64,000 nt of DNA from Gammaproteobacteria bacterium (GTDB lineage Bacteria; Pseudomonadota; Gammaproteobacteria; Magnimaribacterales; AG-339-G14). The notes under the pieces were generated by a model. It saw only the letters and a program-made list of their open reading frames with translations. It was not told where the DNA came from and did no database searches. Below are positions 17,215-26,656 of this stretch, piece by piece. Where the stretch lies: assembly GCA_004213955.1 (NCBI GenBank), contig SGZL01000004.1, positions 4,235 through 68,234 of the forward strand, given 5' to 3'. The position numbers were made by a program, and so were the translations under genes. Within the stretch, counting starts at the first letter, position 1; each line of letters starts with the position of its first letter.

Positions 17215-18414
17215 ATGTCCGATAAATTAAGTTCTCTTTTTGAAAACAATTCTTTAGTAAACTGTTTTTGTTCTTCAATATCTAAACAGAATAACGACTT
17301 TGAAACTAAATCTTTTGCATTTGGTAATAGAAAAAAAGGTATTGATGATCCGATTAGTGGAGACAGTATATTTAGAATTTTTTCAATGAGTAAAGTAGTT
17401 ACGACTATTGCAGTTATGCAACTTGTTGAAAAGGGAGAATTAAATTTAGACGAACCAGTTGAAAATATATTGCCTTACATAAAAAGAGTTCCCATTCTTA
17501 GTGAAGATAATAAGTTTGTTAGACAAAAAAAATCTATAACTTTAAGAAATCTTTTATCGCACACCAGTGGATTTTCTTATAGCTCCAGTGTGATGGAAAC
17601 ATCGAAAAGAATGAAAAATCTTTCAGCATCAAAAAAATTATATTTATCTTTAAAAGGCTATAGGACTAAAGGCTCAATTTTTAATAAAGGACCAAGGTTA
17701 TTTGAAGCAGGAACTAATATTAAATATGGAACAGGTATTGGGATAGCTGGCAATATGCTAGAAAAAGTTACTGGTATTGGCTTAGATAGATATTGCAAAG
17801 AAAATATCTTTAAACCATTGGGAATGGAAAATACATTCTTCGAAATTCCAGATGAAAAGCAAGATAACTTAGTGGGTATGTATATCAGAAGAGGAAAAAA
17901 TTCAGATAAATTTTCAGAATTGCCACTAAGTATTCCACCATTAAAAAGAACTTTTTTTAACAAAATAATTTTTGGCGGATTTTACGGTGGAACAGATGTA
18001 TTCAGTTCGCCTAATGATTTTTCAATTTTAGTTAAATGTTTATTAAATAAAGGAACATACAACGATTTTGAATTACTTAGAAAGGAAACTATTGAAGAAA
18101 TGTCTAAACCCGGACCTGGAAGTTATGATGATATGTGGGACAGGGATGATAATCCTCAATATGTAATGGGAGAGAATACAAGGCTTAAAAGCAATCGAAA
18201 TAAATATGGGCTTGGTTTAACTGTTTCTTATGATAATGAGTCTTATAGGCCTGCAGGATCAGTATGTCATGGTGGAGCCGGCAATACTTTTTTTAGTTTA
18301 AATTATGAAGAAAATAAAGCAGCTTTGATATTCTCAAATTTTTATCCTTACAATGATCCTGAATGGTTTGAAATGCTTAAAGAGTTAGAATTTTTTACGT
18401 ATGCTAAAAAATAA
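17215..18414 (+). CDS. Serine hydrolase, beta-lactamase/esterase family (class C-like)
   Basis: 399 aa with the SxxK motif FSMSKVVT about 60 aa from the N-terminus, SHTSGF, and a late HGGAGNT. Typical of the EstB/PBP4*-type family. Confidence 0.75.
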   Translation: MSDKLSSLFENNSLVNCFCSSISKQNNDFETKSFAFGNRKKGIDDPISGDSIFRIFSMSKVVTTIAVMQLVEKGELNLDEPVENILPYIKRVPILSEDNKFVRQKKSITLRNLLSHTSGFSYSSSVMETSKRMKNLSASKKLYLSLKGYRTKGSIFNKGPRLFEAGTNIKYGTGIGIAGNMLEKVTGIGLDRYCKENIFKPLGMENTFFEIPDEKQDNLVGMYIRRGKNSDKFSELPLSIPPLKRTFFNKIIFGGFYGGTDVFSSPNDFSILVKCLLNKGTYNDFELLRKETIEEMSKPGPGSYDDMWDRDDNPQYVMGENTRLKSNRNKYGLGLTVSYDNESYRPAGSVCHGGAGNTFFSLNYEENKAALIFSNFYPYNDPEWFEMLKELEFFTYAKK

Positions 18415-18841
18415 CTTCTTCTTAAAAAATATTTTTTTTATTTCTTTTTTTTTATCAACATATTCAACTGCAAACGAAATAGATAACTTTGTAGAAAATT
18501 ATTTCGACGCCTTTAATAATTCTGATTCAATTAAATTTCACGATAAATTTCACAATCCTTTCATAAGAATTATCAATGGAGAAAAAAAATTAATTTCAGA
18601 TAATAAATGGTTTGATTTTAAAGCATTGAATTCTACAGATTGGTCTTATTCATCGATTTTAGATTATGAAAAATTTCTTGAAACAGACAACGAAGCAATA
18701 TTGAAAATTAATTATGGTCGACATAATTCAGAAGGGTCAATTTATAACAGTGGTGATTCATATATGGTTCTTACAAAAATTAACAATAAATGGGGTATAT
18801 CTACATATATCGCGCCGTCTATACCTACTGAAGGTATATAA
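18401..18841 (+). CDS. Secreted hypothetical protein (NTF2/SnoaL-like fold suspected)
   Basis: 146 aa with a signal peptide (FFISFFLSTYSTA), then ENYFDAFNNSD..., a pattern common in NTF2-like proteins. It overlaps the upstream gene by 14 nt. Confidence 0.4.
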   Translation: MLKNNFFLKNIFFISFFLSTYSTANEIDNFVENYFDAFNNSDSIKFHDKFHNPFIRIINGEKKLISDNKWFDFKALNSTDWSYSSILDYEKFLETDNEAILKINYGRHNSEGSIYNSGDSYMVLTKINNKWGISTYIAPSIPTEGI

Positions 18842-18944
18842 TAGGATATATTATTATTCGTATAATATATATTATGTTAAATAATAAGTTTGAGTTATAA
18901 CCAACGAATATCTAAAAACTTAATTAACCTGACTTGGGAGATAA

Positions 18945-19100
18945 ATGGAGAATGTCGAAGTATATAACTTAACAATTTCTATTTTTGTCTGTTATTGCTT
19001 TATCTTTGCTCAAGTCTCTAGAGCAGCTATTAAAAGAAATGAGACTGTTAAAGCGATACCTAAATTTTGTATTGTGTTTAAAATATATCGACGTCAATAA
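18945..19100 (+). CDS. Candidate small membrane protein (51 aa), competing with track ORF 18985..19200
   Basis: My translation: GGGAGATAA-ATG, then MENVEVYNLTISIFVCYCFIFAQVSRAAIKRNETVKAIPKFCIVFKIYRRQ*. It has one hydrophobic helix and a basic tail. Its SD-like sequence is among the clearest I saw in this window, but there is no family support. Confidence 0.2.
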   Translation: MENVEVYNLTISIFVCYCFIFAQVSRAAIKRNETVKAIPKFCIVFKIYRRQ

Positions 19101-19221
19101 TTGGAATTATGATACTGCCCTCTTCTTACTATTTGATATCTTACTTTCACATATTTATTATATTGTTTCAGATGGCAATAATTTAGCTTCCGAAGCCTAA
19201 GGAATAACTTGGAGAGAAAAT

Positions 19222-20763
19222 ATGACTGTAAAATATTATGATTGGGTAGAATATCAATCTAACTTTAGACCTGAAAAAATTGCAATAAAAGAGATTTCTA
19301 GTTCTAAAGAATTATCTTACAAAGCATTAAATGATAGATCCAAAGCTCTTGCAGGTTGGCTCCAAAAAAATGGTCTAAAAAAGGGAGATAGAGTGGCAAT
19401 CCTATCTCATAACTGCGCCGAGGTTTTTGAATTAGAATTTGCATGTGGAAAAATTGGAGGTATCGAACTTCCATTAAACTGGAGACTTACTAAACCTGAA
19501 TTAGAATACATTCTTAAGGATAGCTCTCCAAAAGTACTCATTTACTCAATTGAATTTAAAGAGATTGCCGAAGCTCTCTTAAAAGATTGTGATATTAAAA
19601 ATTATCTAGAAATAGAAGAAAATAATTATAGTAGTAGTTACGAAGCTGCAATTTCTGAAAACAATGATTTTGAAACCGTTGGATGTACTCACGATGATTT
19701 AATTATGTTGATGTATACCTCTGGAACTACTGGACATCCTAAAGGCGCAATGATTACCCATAGAATGCAATTTTTCAATATTGTCAATTTAGCATCAACA
19801 GCTAGGATTACTGACAAAGCAGTTCAGTTAGTATCTCTTCCTTTATTTCACACTGGGGGGATGAATTGTTATGCGAATCCTATTCTTCATAACGGCGGCC
19901 AAATTATTTTAACCAAAGAATTTGAACCTGGAAAAGCTTTAGAAATTATTAATAATCCTGATTATGGAGTTACCCATTTATTTGCTGTACCAGCTCCCTA
20001 TCAATTTATGATGCTTCATCCAGAGTTTAATAACACTGATTTTTCCAGAATTCAAAGTGCAGGCGTTGGCGGTGCTCCATGTGCGGAAATTATATTAAAA
20101 ACCTGGCAAGACAAGGGAGTAGAATTTTCTCAAGGTTGGGGAATGACAGAAACTAGTCCAGCTGCAATAAGTTTATCTGGTGATGAAGCAGCTAGAAAAA
20201 TAGGATCTGCTGGAAAACCTTTATTGCACACATCTGTAAAAATTGTCGACGAAAAAGGAAAAGAAGTAAAAAAAGGTGACGTAGGAGAAATTCTGATTAA
20301 GGGTCCAAACATAACTCCTGGATATTGGAATAATGAAGAAGCAACTGAAAATTCTTTCATAGACGGTTGGTTGAAAACTGGAGATGCCGCACAAATGGAT
20401 GATGAAGGCTTCATTTATATAGTTGATCGTCAAAAAGATATGTACATCTCTGGAGGAGAAAACGTCTACCCCGCTGAAGTGGAGAATATAATTTATCAAT
20501 TACCGCAAATAGCCGAAGCAGCAATTATTGGTGTTCCAGATGAAAAATGGGGAGAAGTTGGCTTTGCTTTTATAGTTATTAAAGAAAATGAAACTTTATC
20601 AGAAGAAAATATTTTTGATCATTGTCTTAAAAATTTAGCAAAGTTTAAGATTCCGAAGGGTGTTGAGTTTATAAAAGCTCTTCCAAGGAATGCTACTGGT
20701 AAAGTGCTGAAACGAACATTAAGAGAGCAAAAGTTAGGTGCCTCTGCGCCTGCTATTTCTTAA
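19222..20763 (+). CDS. AMP-dependent acyl-CoA synthetase (fatty-acid-CoA ligase)
   Basis: 513 aa with MYTSGTTGHPKGAM (AMP-binding core), GWGMTET, TGD, and a C-terminal GKVLKR. Confidence 0.9.
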   Translation: MTVKYYDWVEYQSNFRPEKIAIKEISSSKELSYKALNDRSKALAGWLQKNGLKKGDRVAILSHNCAEVFELEFACGKIGGIELPLNWRLTKPELEYILKDSSPKVLIYSIEFKEIAEALLKDCDIKNYLEIEENNYSSSYEAAISENNDFETVGCTHDDLIMLMYTSGTTGHPKGAMITHRMQFFNIVNLASTARITDKAVQLVSLPLFHTGGMNCYANPILHNGGQIILTKEFEPGKALEIINNPDYGVTHLFAVPAPYQFMMLHPEFNNTDFSRIQSAGVGGAPCAEIILKTWQDKGVEFSQGWGMTETSPAAISLSGDEAARKIGSAGKPLLHTSVKIVDEKGKEVKKGDVGEILIKGPNITPGYWNNEEATENSFIDGWLKTGDAAQMDDEGFIYIVDRQKDMYISGGENVYPAEVENIIYQLPQIAEAAIIGVPDEKWGEVGFAFIVIKENETLSEENIFDHCLKNLAKFKIPKGVEFIKALPRNATGKVLKRTLREQKLGASAPAIS

Positions 20764-20772
20764 AAATAGAAT

Positions 20773-21102
20773 TTATTTTATTCCAAATTTGTCGATATTT
20801 GACTTTGCCTTTGTGATGAATTTATAAAATTTTTTCATTCCTTTATTTAACTGTGCGTAATCATAAAATTCTGTAACTCCATAGCCATCCCAATAACTAA
20901 CTCGATAGTAAGATTCATCAATGAATTTAATAGAGATCTCTATTGGATCTGGATTTTCAGTAACAAATGAAATACTTGATAGAGCATTTTCAAATAATAG
21001 ATCAATAGAAAAGCCGGCTTTTTCTAATTCCTCTTTTAACAGAATAAAATTATCTTTTTTTGATATTAAGCTTTCCTTGTCTATCACACCTATGTCGTCC
21101 AA
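20773..21102 (-). CDS. Hypothetical protein
   Basis: 109 aa with no recognisable motif. Its 5' end overlaps the upstream same-strand DUF2805 gene by 53 nt, and I saw no alternative start that removes the overlap. Confidence 0.4.
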   Translation of the reverse strand: MDDIGVIDKESLISKKDNFILLKEELEKAGFSIDLLFENALSSISFVTENPDPIEISIKFIDESYYRVSYWDGYGVTEFYDYAQLNKGMKKFYKFITKAKSNIDKFGIK

Positions 21103-21319
21103 TTAAATGCCCTCTGAGTTTTATATGTTTTGTTTTTCTCCCCTTAACTCTTTTTCTCCAAAGTTTGAAACTACTTGTTTTTAAATTATTTCTCATAATC
21201 TGTATAAGCTCTCCGTGAGTTAAATTAAACTCAGACTGTATTACTTCAAATGGCGTCCTATCCTCCCAAGCCATTTCAATAATTCTATTTACATCAATTT
21301 CATCAAGCATTTCTTTCAA
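21050..21319 (-). CDS. DUF2805 / TIGR03643-family small protein
   Basis: 89 aa. IIEMAWEDRTPFEVIQSEFNLTHGELIQIMRNNLKTSSFKLWRKRVKGRKTKH matches my memory of the TIGR03643 consensus (AWEDRTPFE...LWRKRV.GR.TKH). Confidence 0.65.
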   Translation of the reverse strand: MKEMLDEIDVNRIIEMAWEDRTPFEVIQSEFNLTHGELIQIMRNNLKTSSFKLWRKRVKGRKTKHIKLRGHLIGRHRCDRQGKLNIKKR

Positions 21320-21387
21320 AAAATAATAAATTCAGTGAAAATGTAGTTAAATATAAATAAATAACAACTATTTATTAAAAGATTAAT

Positions 21388-22254
21388 ATGGAAATTCAAA
21401 AAAAATATATTGAAATAGCTGGGAAAAAAATGGCAGTTATAGACGAAGGTTCCGGTGAACCTATTGTTTTCCTTCACGGAAATCCTACCTCATCTTACCT
21501 TTGGCGTAACATAGCACCGAATTTTAAAGAGACTAATAGAATAATCGTTCCAGATTTAATTGGCATGGGTGATTCAGAAAAATTAGATGGTATAGACAAT
21601 CCTAATTACAACCTAATGGGACATTACAATTTTTTAGATCAATTGTTAGATAAATTAGAGATTGGTAATAACATACATTTTGTTATTCATGATTGGGGCT
21701 GTGCTCTAGGATTAATCTATGCAAGATTAAATTCAGAAAAAATAAAATCTATTACCTTTATGGAAGGAATAGCAATTCCATTAACTTGGGAAAAATGGCC
21801 AGAAGTCGCCAGAAAAATATTTTCTTTGTTTAGAACAGATGCAGGTAATGAGTTAGTTCTAGAAAAGAATTTTTTTGTAGAGAGACTACTTTTGACAGAT
21901 CCAATTACTCCAATGAGCGAGGAAGATAAAAAAGAATATTTAAGACCTTATTTAGAAGAAGGTGAAAGTAGACGCCCTACCCTTACCTGGCCTAGAAATA
22001 TTCCATTGGATGGAAATGAACCTGAAGAGACTTTAGATGTAGTTAAGGCTAATTCTGAGTTTCATGCTTCTTCTTCGATTCCTAAATTATTTATAAACGC
22101 CGACCCAGGTTTGCTTCTAGTTGGAGAGCAAAGAGAAGAAATAAGAACTTGGAAAAATTTAGAAGAAGTTACTGTTAAAGGAAATCATTTCATACAAGAA
22201 GATTCATCTGAAGAAATTACTAAATACCTTAAAAGTTTTATCAGCAATTTATAG
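21388..22254 (+). CDS. Haloalkane dehalogenase, DhaA/LinB-like (HLD-II)
   Basis: 288 aa with HGNPTSSYLWRNIAP, VIHDWGCALG (nucleophile Asp-Trp) and GNHFIQEDSSEE (catalytic His). No signal peptide. Confidence 0.85.
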   Translation: MEIQKKYIEIAGKKMAVIDEGSGEPIVFLHGNPTSSYLWRNIAPNFKETNRIIVPDLIGMGDSEKLDGIDNPNYNLMGHYNFLDQLLDKLEIGNNIHFVIHDWGCALGLIYARLNSEKIKSITFMEGIAIPLTWEKWPEVARKIFSLFRTDAGNELVLEKNFFVERLLLTDPITPMSEEDKKEYLRPYLEEGESRRPTLTWPRNIPLDGNEPEETLDVVKANSEFHASSSIPKLFINADPGLLLVGEQREEIRTWKNLEEVTVKGNHFIQEDSSEEITKYLKSFISNL

Positions 22255-22286
22255 ATAAATCAGAATTAAAATCATTCAATTTTTTA

Positions 22287-22376
22287 TTAACAAATATACA
22301 TTCCGCAAATATCTCCACCAGTAGATTCGCATGCTGTAAGTATTAATAAAACTGATAAATAAAATATTTTTTTCAT
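22287..22376 (-). CDS. Candidate 29-aa Cys-rich small lipoprotein
   Basis: Not in the track (too short). GAGGGGAT-ATG, then MKKIFYLSVLLILTACESTGGDICGMYIC followed by TAA TAA. It has a classical lipobox (L-T-A-C) and a 14-aa mature peptide with 3 Cys. Confidence 0.45.
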   Translation of the reverse strand: MKKIFYLSVLLILTACESTGGDICGMYIC

Positions 22377-22466
22377 ATCCCCTCTTCTGTTCTGCAACCT
22401 TAAAGTTTTTAGCTGATAAAGTAAATTTTAAATTAATAATAAATTTCAAAAAAAAATTAATAGATA

Positions 22467-23234
22467 TTATTTAGGAGCCATCCTAATTCCGCCATCTAAC
22501 CTAATTGTTTCACCATTCAAAAAAGGATTTTCTATTATTTGTGCAGTTAATAAAGCAAATTCGTCAGGATCTCCTAATCGTTTAGGAAATTGTGTCATCT
22601 CTATAAGAGGCTTTCTAACTTCATCAGAAGCCATAGCCATGAGAGGAGTATCAAAAATTCCAGGAGCTATTGTATTAATCCTAATACCCATTCTTGCAAG
22701 ATCTCTAGCAATAGGTAACGTCATTGCTGTAACCCCACCTTTACTTGCACTATAAGCTGCCTGTCCAACTTGTCCGTCAAAAGCTGCCACAGAAGCTGTA
22801 TTAATAATTACTCCGCATTCATTATCACTTTCAGGTTCATTTTTACCCATAACTTCAGCTGCAAGTCTTAAAGTGTTAAACGTACCAACTAAATTGACGT
22901 CTATTACAATTTTAAAAATATCTAAAGGATGAGCTCCATCTCTTCCAACAGTTTTAGACGCACTTCCTATTCCAGCACAATTTACAAGAATATGAATTGA
23001 TCCAAATTCATCTACTGCACTTTGAATAGCTTTCTTTACACTTTCCTCATCAGCTACATTGGTAACAATACCAATAACGTTATCTTTTAATTCTTCCTTG
23101 GCATTATTTAAATTATCTTCATTCAAATCCATTAAAACTAATTTAGCTCCCTTAGAATGTAAGTTTCTTGCGGTCGCTAGACCAAGACCGGATGCCCCAC
23201 CAGTAATCAAGGCTACTTTATTTTCAATATTCAA
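22467..23234 (-). CDS. Short-chain dehydrogenase/reductase, 3-hydroxyacyl-CoA dehydrogenase type-2-like
   Basis: 255 aa with TGGASGLG, NCAGI and YSASKGG, and overall resemblance to HSD17B10/FadB2-type SDRs. Confidence 0.85.
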   Translation of the reverse strand: MNIENKVALITGGASGLGLATARNLHSKGAKLVLMDLNEDNLNNAKEELKDNVIGIVTNVADEESVKKAIQSAVDEFGSIHILVNCAGIGSASKTVGRDGAHPLDIFKIVIDVNLVGTFNTLRLAAEVMGKNEPESDNECGVIINTASVAAFDGQVGQAAYSASKGGVTAMTLPIARDLARMGIRINTIAPGIFDTPLMAMASDEVRKPLIEMTQFPKRLGDPDEFALLTAQIIENPFLNGETIRLDGGIRMAPK

Positions 23235-23350
23235 TTTGCTTCTCCTATTTATTTTTTAGAAATATAATTTATCATAAGATTACATTCAATTCTTAAATGA
23301 TCTGATACTTAGTTTCTAATATCCGTTTAAGAAAAAAAAGAGAGGAGAAT

Positions 23351-24142
23351 ATGAAAACTGATTACGAATTTTTAACCACTGAGATTGATGGTCACATTTT
23401 GACTGTCACCATAAATAGACCCGATGTGATGAATGCCCTTCATCCGCCAGCTCATGCAGAATTTGATGAAGTCTGGAATGAGTTTGAAAACGATGAAAAC
23501 TTATGGGTAGGAATTATTACTGGAGCTGGAGAAAGAGCTTTTTCTGCAGGGAATGATCTTAAATTTCAGGCCATGAACGGTGGAAAGATGGATATTAATA
23601 TAGCCAGTACGGGGTTTGCAGGATTAACATCTAGATTTGATTTAAAAAAACCTGTAATTGCGGCTGTTAATGGAGTGTCTATGGGCGGAGGATTTGAAAT
23701 TGCCCTTGCATGTGATCTGATAGTTGCATCTACCAACGCTAAATTTGCTTTACCAGAACCAAAAGTTGGGCTGGCAGCATTGGCAGGAGGTATGCAAAGA
23801 CTTCCGAGACAAATAGGAATGAAGAACGCTTTGGGAATGATGCTAACGGGAAGACATGTTTCTGCAGAAGAAGGAATGCGTTTGGGTTTTGTAAATGAAG
23901 TAGTAGAACCAGAAAATCTTATAGCTTCTGCTAAATCTTGGGCTAAGCAAATTGAAGAATGCTCTCCTATGTCTATTAGAGCAACTAAGCAAGTCGCTTA
24001 TGAAAACTTTAATGAACCAGACTTAGAAAAATCTATGGCTGTGCATTATTCTGCTGTGAAGGATTTATTTGGAAGTGAAGACTTTATTGAAGGCCCCGTT
24101 GCATTTGCCGAAAAAAGAATACCTAATTGGAAAGGAAAATAA
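23351..24142 (+). CDS. Enoyl-CoA hydratase/isomerase (crotonase) family protein
   Basis: 263 aa with GAGERAFSAGNDLK and GGGFEIALACD oxyanion-hole motifs. GAGAGGAG SD upstream. Confidence 0.85.
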   Translation: MKTDYEFLTTEIDGHILTVTINRPDVMNALHPPAHAEFDEVWNEFENDENLWVGIITGAGERAFSAGNDLKFQAMNGGKMDINIASTGFAGLTSRFDLKKPVIAAVNGVSMGGGFEIALACDLIVASTNAKFALPEPKVGLAALAGGMQRLPRQIGMKNALGMMLTGRHVSAEEGMRLGFVNEVVEPENLIASAKSWAKQIEECSPMSIRATKQVAYENFNEPDLEKSMAVHYSAVKDLFGSEDFIEGPVAFAEKRIPNWKGK

Positions 24143-24918
24143 TGTTCGACTTAAGGGGGAAGAATGCAATTATCACTGGATCATCTAAGGGTCTTGGTAA
24201 GTCTATAGCTACAGCAATGGCTCTTCATGGAGCAAATGTGGTGATTTCTAGTAGAAAAGCAGACGTTTGCCAAGCAACCGCTGATGAAATTAATAATTCT
24301 GAAATTGCTCCATTGTATGGAGAAAAAGGTAAAGCAATCGTAATACCTTGCAACATTTCAGATAAAACTGCATTAGAAATGCTTGTTGAAGATACGAGAT
24401 CTCAATTGGGTAAAATTGACATACTTGTTTGCAATGCTGCATCTAATCCTTTTTTTGGATCAATAAAAGATATTCCAGATGATGCTTTTGAGAAGATAAT
24501 GAATAACAACATCAAAAGTAATCATAATTTATGTCAAATGGTTATTCCTGAAATGATAGAAAATAAAGGCGGGAGCATTATTGTTGTTTCTTCCATAGGA
24601 GGATTAAATGCAAGTCCCGTAATTGGCGCTTACAACATTTCTAAAGCTGCCGATATAATGCTTGTGAAAAACTACGCCTTAGAGTTCGGTCAGCATAACA
24701 TCCGAACTAATGCTATCGCACCTGGGTTATTTAGAACAGACTTTGCAAAGGCACTTTGGGAAAACCCAGAAATTTTAAAACAATCCACAGCTACTTGCCC
24801 GATGAAAAGAATTGGTGAACCAGATGAAATTGGAGGCGCTGCTGTGTTTCTAGCTTCGGATGCCGGAAGTTTTGTAAATGGTCACACACTAGTAATTGAT
24901 GGGGGCACGGTAGTTTAA
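24142..24918 (+). CDS. SDR family oxidoreductase
   Basis: ITGSSKGLG, NAAS and YNISKAA motifs. I prefer ATG at 24142 (TAATG overlap with the crotonase stop) to the track start at 24127. Confidence 0.85.
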   Translation: MFDLRGKNAIITGSSKGLGKSIATAMALHGANVVISSRKADVCQATADEINNSEIAPLYGEKGKAIVIPCNISDKTALEMLVEDTRSQLGKIDILVCNAASNPFFGSIKDIPDDAFEKIMNNNIKSNHNLCQMVIPEMIENKGGSIIVVSSIGGLNASPVIGAYNISKAADIMLVKNYALEFGQHNIRTNAIAPGLFRTDFAKALWENPEILKQSTATCPMKRIGEPDEIGGAAVFLASDAGSFVNGHTLVIDGGTVV

Positions 24919-24919
24919 A

Positions 24920-26656
24920 ATGGAAAATAAGCTTTTATCAATTGAAGGAAGACTAGAACTTTTAAATGAGGTCACAAAAGAAGGTCTATTATCTTTATCT
25001 ACAATAGAAATTAGAGGAAATGAATATCATGTTTTTGATCAAGCTCCAGCTAATCTAAGAGAATACTATCAATTAGGTTTTATGCATGGAGATTGGACGC
25101 ACATTGTTTACGAAGGAGAAAGATTCCAATTTAAAGAAACAATGGAGAAATCAAATCAACTTGCGAATTCTTTAGTTAACGATTTTGGTATTAAAAAAGG
25201 AGATAAAGTTGCTTTCTCTATGCGTAATTATCCGGAATGGATGTTTACTTACATTGCTACAACATCAATTGGAGCGATAGCTGTTCCGTTAAACTCTTGG
25301 TGGAAAAGTGATGAATTAGAATATGGATTAGTTAACAGTGAAGCAAAATTATTCATTGCTGATGAAGAAAGATTGGATAGAGTCCAAGACATACTTCCTG
25401 ACTTACCAAGAATTGCTGTTAGATCAAAAAATCCAAATCATTCTAAAATAGATTTTGATCAAATAATTGACAATTCAAGTACTGAATTAGAAACAACTGT
25501 TGAAATTCAGCCTGAAGATGAAGCTTCTATCATGTATACCTCTGGAAGTACTGGGCATCCTAAAGGAGTTATCTTGACTCATAGAGGCATAGTTTTTGCT
25601 CCTTTTTATTGGATAACTATTACAACAATGGGAAGACTTGCTGAAATAGAGACAGAAAATAATTCAAACGAAGAAGAACCTGAAAATAATTACCAAACTG
25701 CAACATTATTAAGCGTTCCCCTCTTTCATGTGACTGGTTGTCATGCGATATTTTTACTATCTATTGCAGTGGGTCGCAAAACTGTAATGATGTATAAATG
25801 GGATCCTGAAAAAGCCCTTGATCTAATCGAAGCGGAAAAAATTTCAGCCTTTACTGGTGTTCCTACTATGTCATCAGAAATTGTCGAAGCACAGAGAAAA
25901 AATCCTAGAAATATAGATACATTGAAAGACTTATTAGGCGGTGGTTCTGCAAGACCGCCTGAACAAGTAAGAAAACAAAAAGAACATTTGCCAAAAACTA
26001 ATCCAGGAATTGGATATGGTATGACCGAAACCAATGCTTTAGGAGCAAACAATGCTGGTGAAGTATATGTTCAAAAACCTGAAAGTACTGGTTACGCTTT
26101 ACCATTGTTGATGGATTTGAAAATAATTGACGACGATGGAAACGATCTATCGACTAATGTCAGTGGCGAAGTCTGTATTAAATCGGCCTCAACTTTTAAA
26201 GGTTATTGGAAGAATCAGGAAGCAACAGATCAGGCGCTCACCTCAGATGGTTGGGTTAAGACTGGGGATATTGGTTATTTAGACGATCAAGGGTTTTTGT
26301 ACATTAACGATAGAAAAAAGGATTTAGTAATAAGAGGTGGGGAAAATATTTCATGCATTGAAGTAGAATCAATGATTTGTGAACATCCTTCTGTTTTAGA
26401 AGCTTCTGTTTTTGGTGTTCCAGACGATCGCTTAGGAGAGATATTAGCTACATATATTTGTATAAGAGACGATTCAAATCTATCGGAAGAGGAAATTTCA
26501 AGTTTTCTTGCAGAAAAAATTGCAAATTTTAAAATACCAACACATTACAGATTTCAAACAGATAAACTTCCGCGAATAGCTTCAGGAAAAATTGCCAAAA
26601 TTGATATGCGCAAAGAAGCTGTTGAACTTTTAAAAACAAATGGAAATATTAAATAA
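24920..26656 (+). CDS. AMP-dependent acyl-CoA synthetase
   Basis: 578 aa with MYTSGSTGHPKGVI, GYGMTET, TGDIGYLD and SGKIAK. Confidence 0.9.
   Translation: MENKLLSIEGRLELLNEVTKEGLLSLSTIEIRGNEYHVFDQAPANLREYYQLGFMHGDWTHIVYEGERFQFKETMEKSNQLANSLVNDFGIKKGDKVAFSMRNYPEWMFTYIATTSIGAIAVPLNSWWKSDELEYGLVNSEAKLFIADEERLDRVQDILPDLPRIAVRSKNPNHSKIDFDQIIDNSSTELETTVEIQPEDEASIMYTSGSTGHPKGVILTHRGIVFAPFYWITITTMGRLAEIETENNSNEEEPENNYQTATLLSVPLFHVTGCHAIFLLSIAVGRKTVMMYKWDPEKALDLIEAEKISAFTGVPTMSSEIVEAQRKNPRNIDTLKDLLGGGSARPPEQVRKQKEHLPKTNPGIGYGMTETNALGANNAGEVYVQKPESTGYALPLLMDLKIIDDDGNDLSTNVSGEVCIKSASTFKGYWKNQEATDQALTSDGWVKTGDIGYLDDQGFLYINDRKKDLVIRGGENISCIEVESMICEHPSVLEASVFGVPDDRLGEILATYICIRDDSNLSEEEISSFLAEKIANFKIPTHYRFQTDKLPRIASGKIAKIDMRKEAVELLKTNGNIK

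Noticed and set aside
18985-19200. 71-aa TTG-initiated ORF in the long spacer before the acyl-CoA synthetase.
   Set aside because: It has no SD, a non-ATG start and no motif, and it competes with a better-initiated 51-codon ORF in another frame. It is kept only as an alternative in the finding on this spacer, not as a feature.
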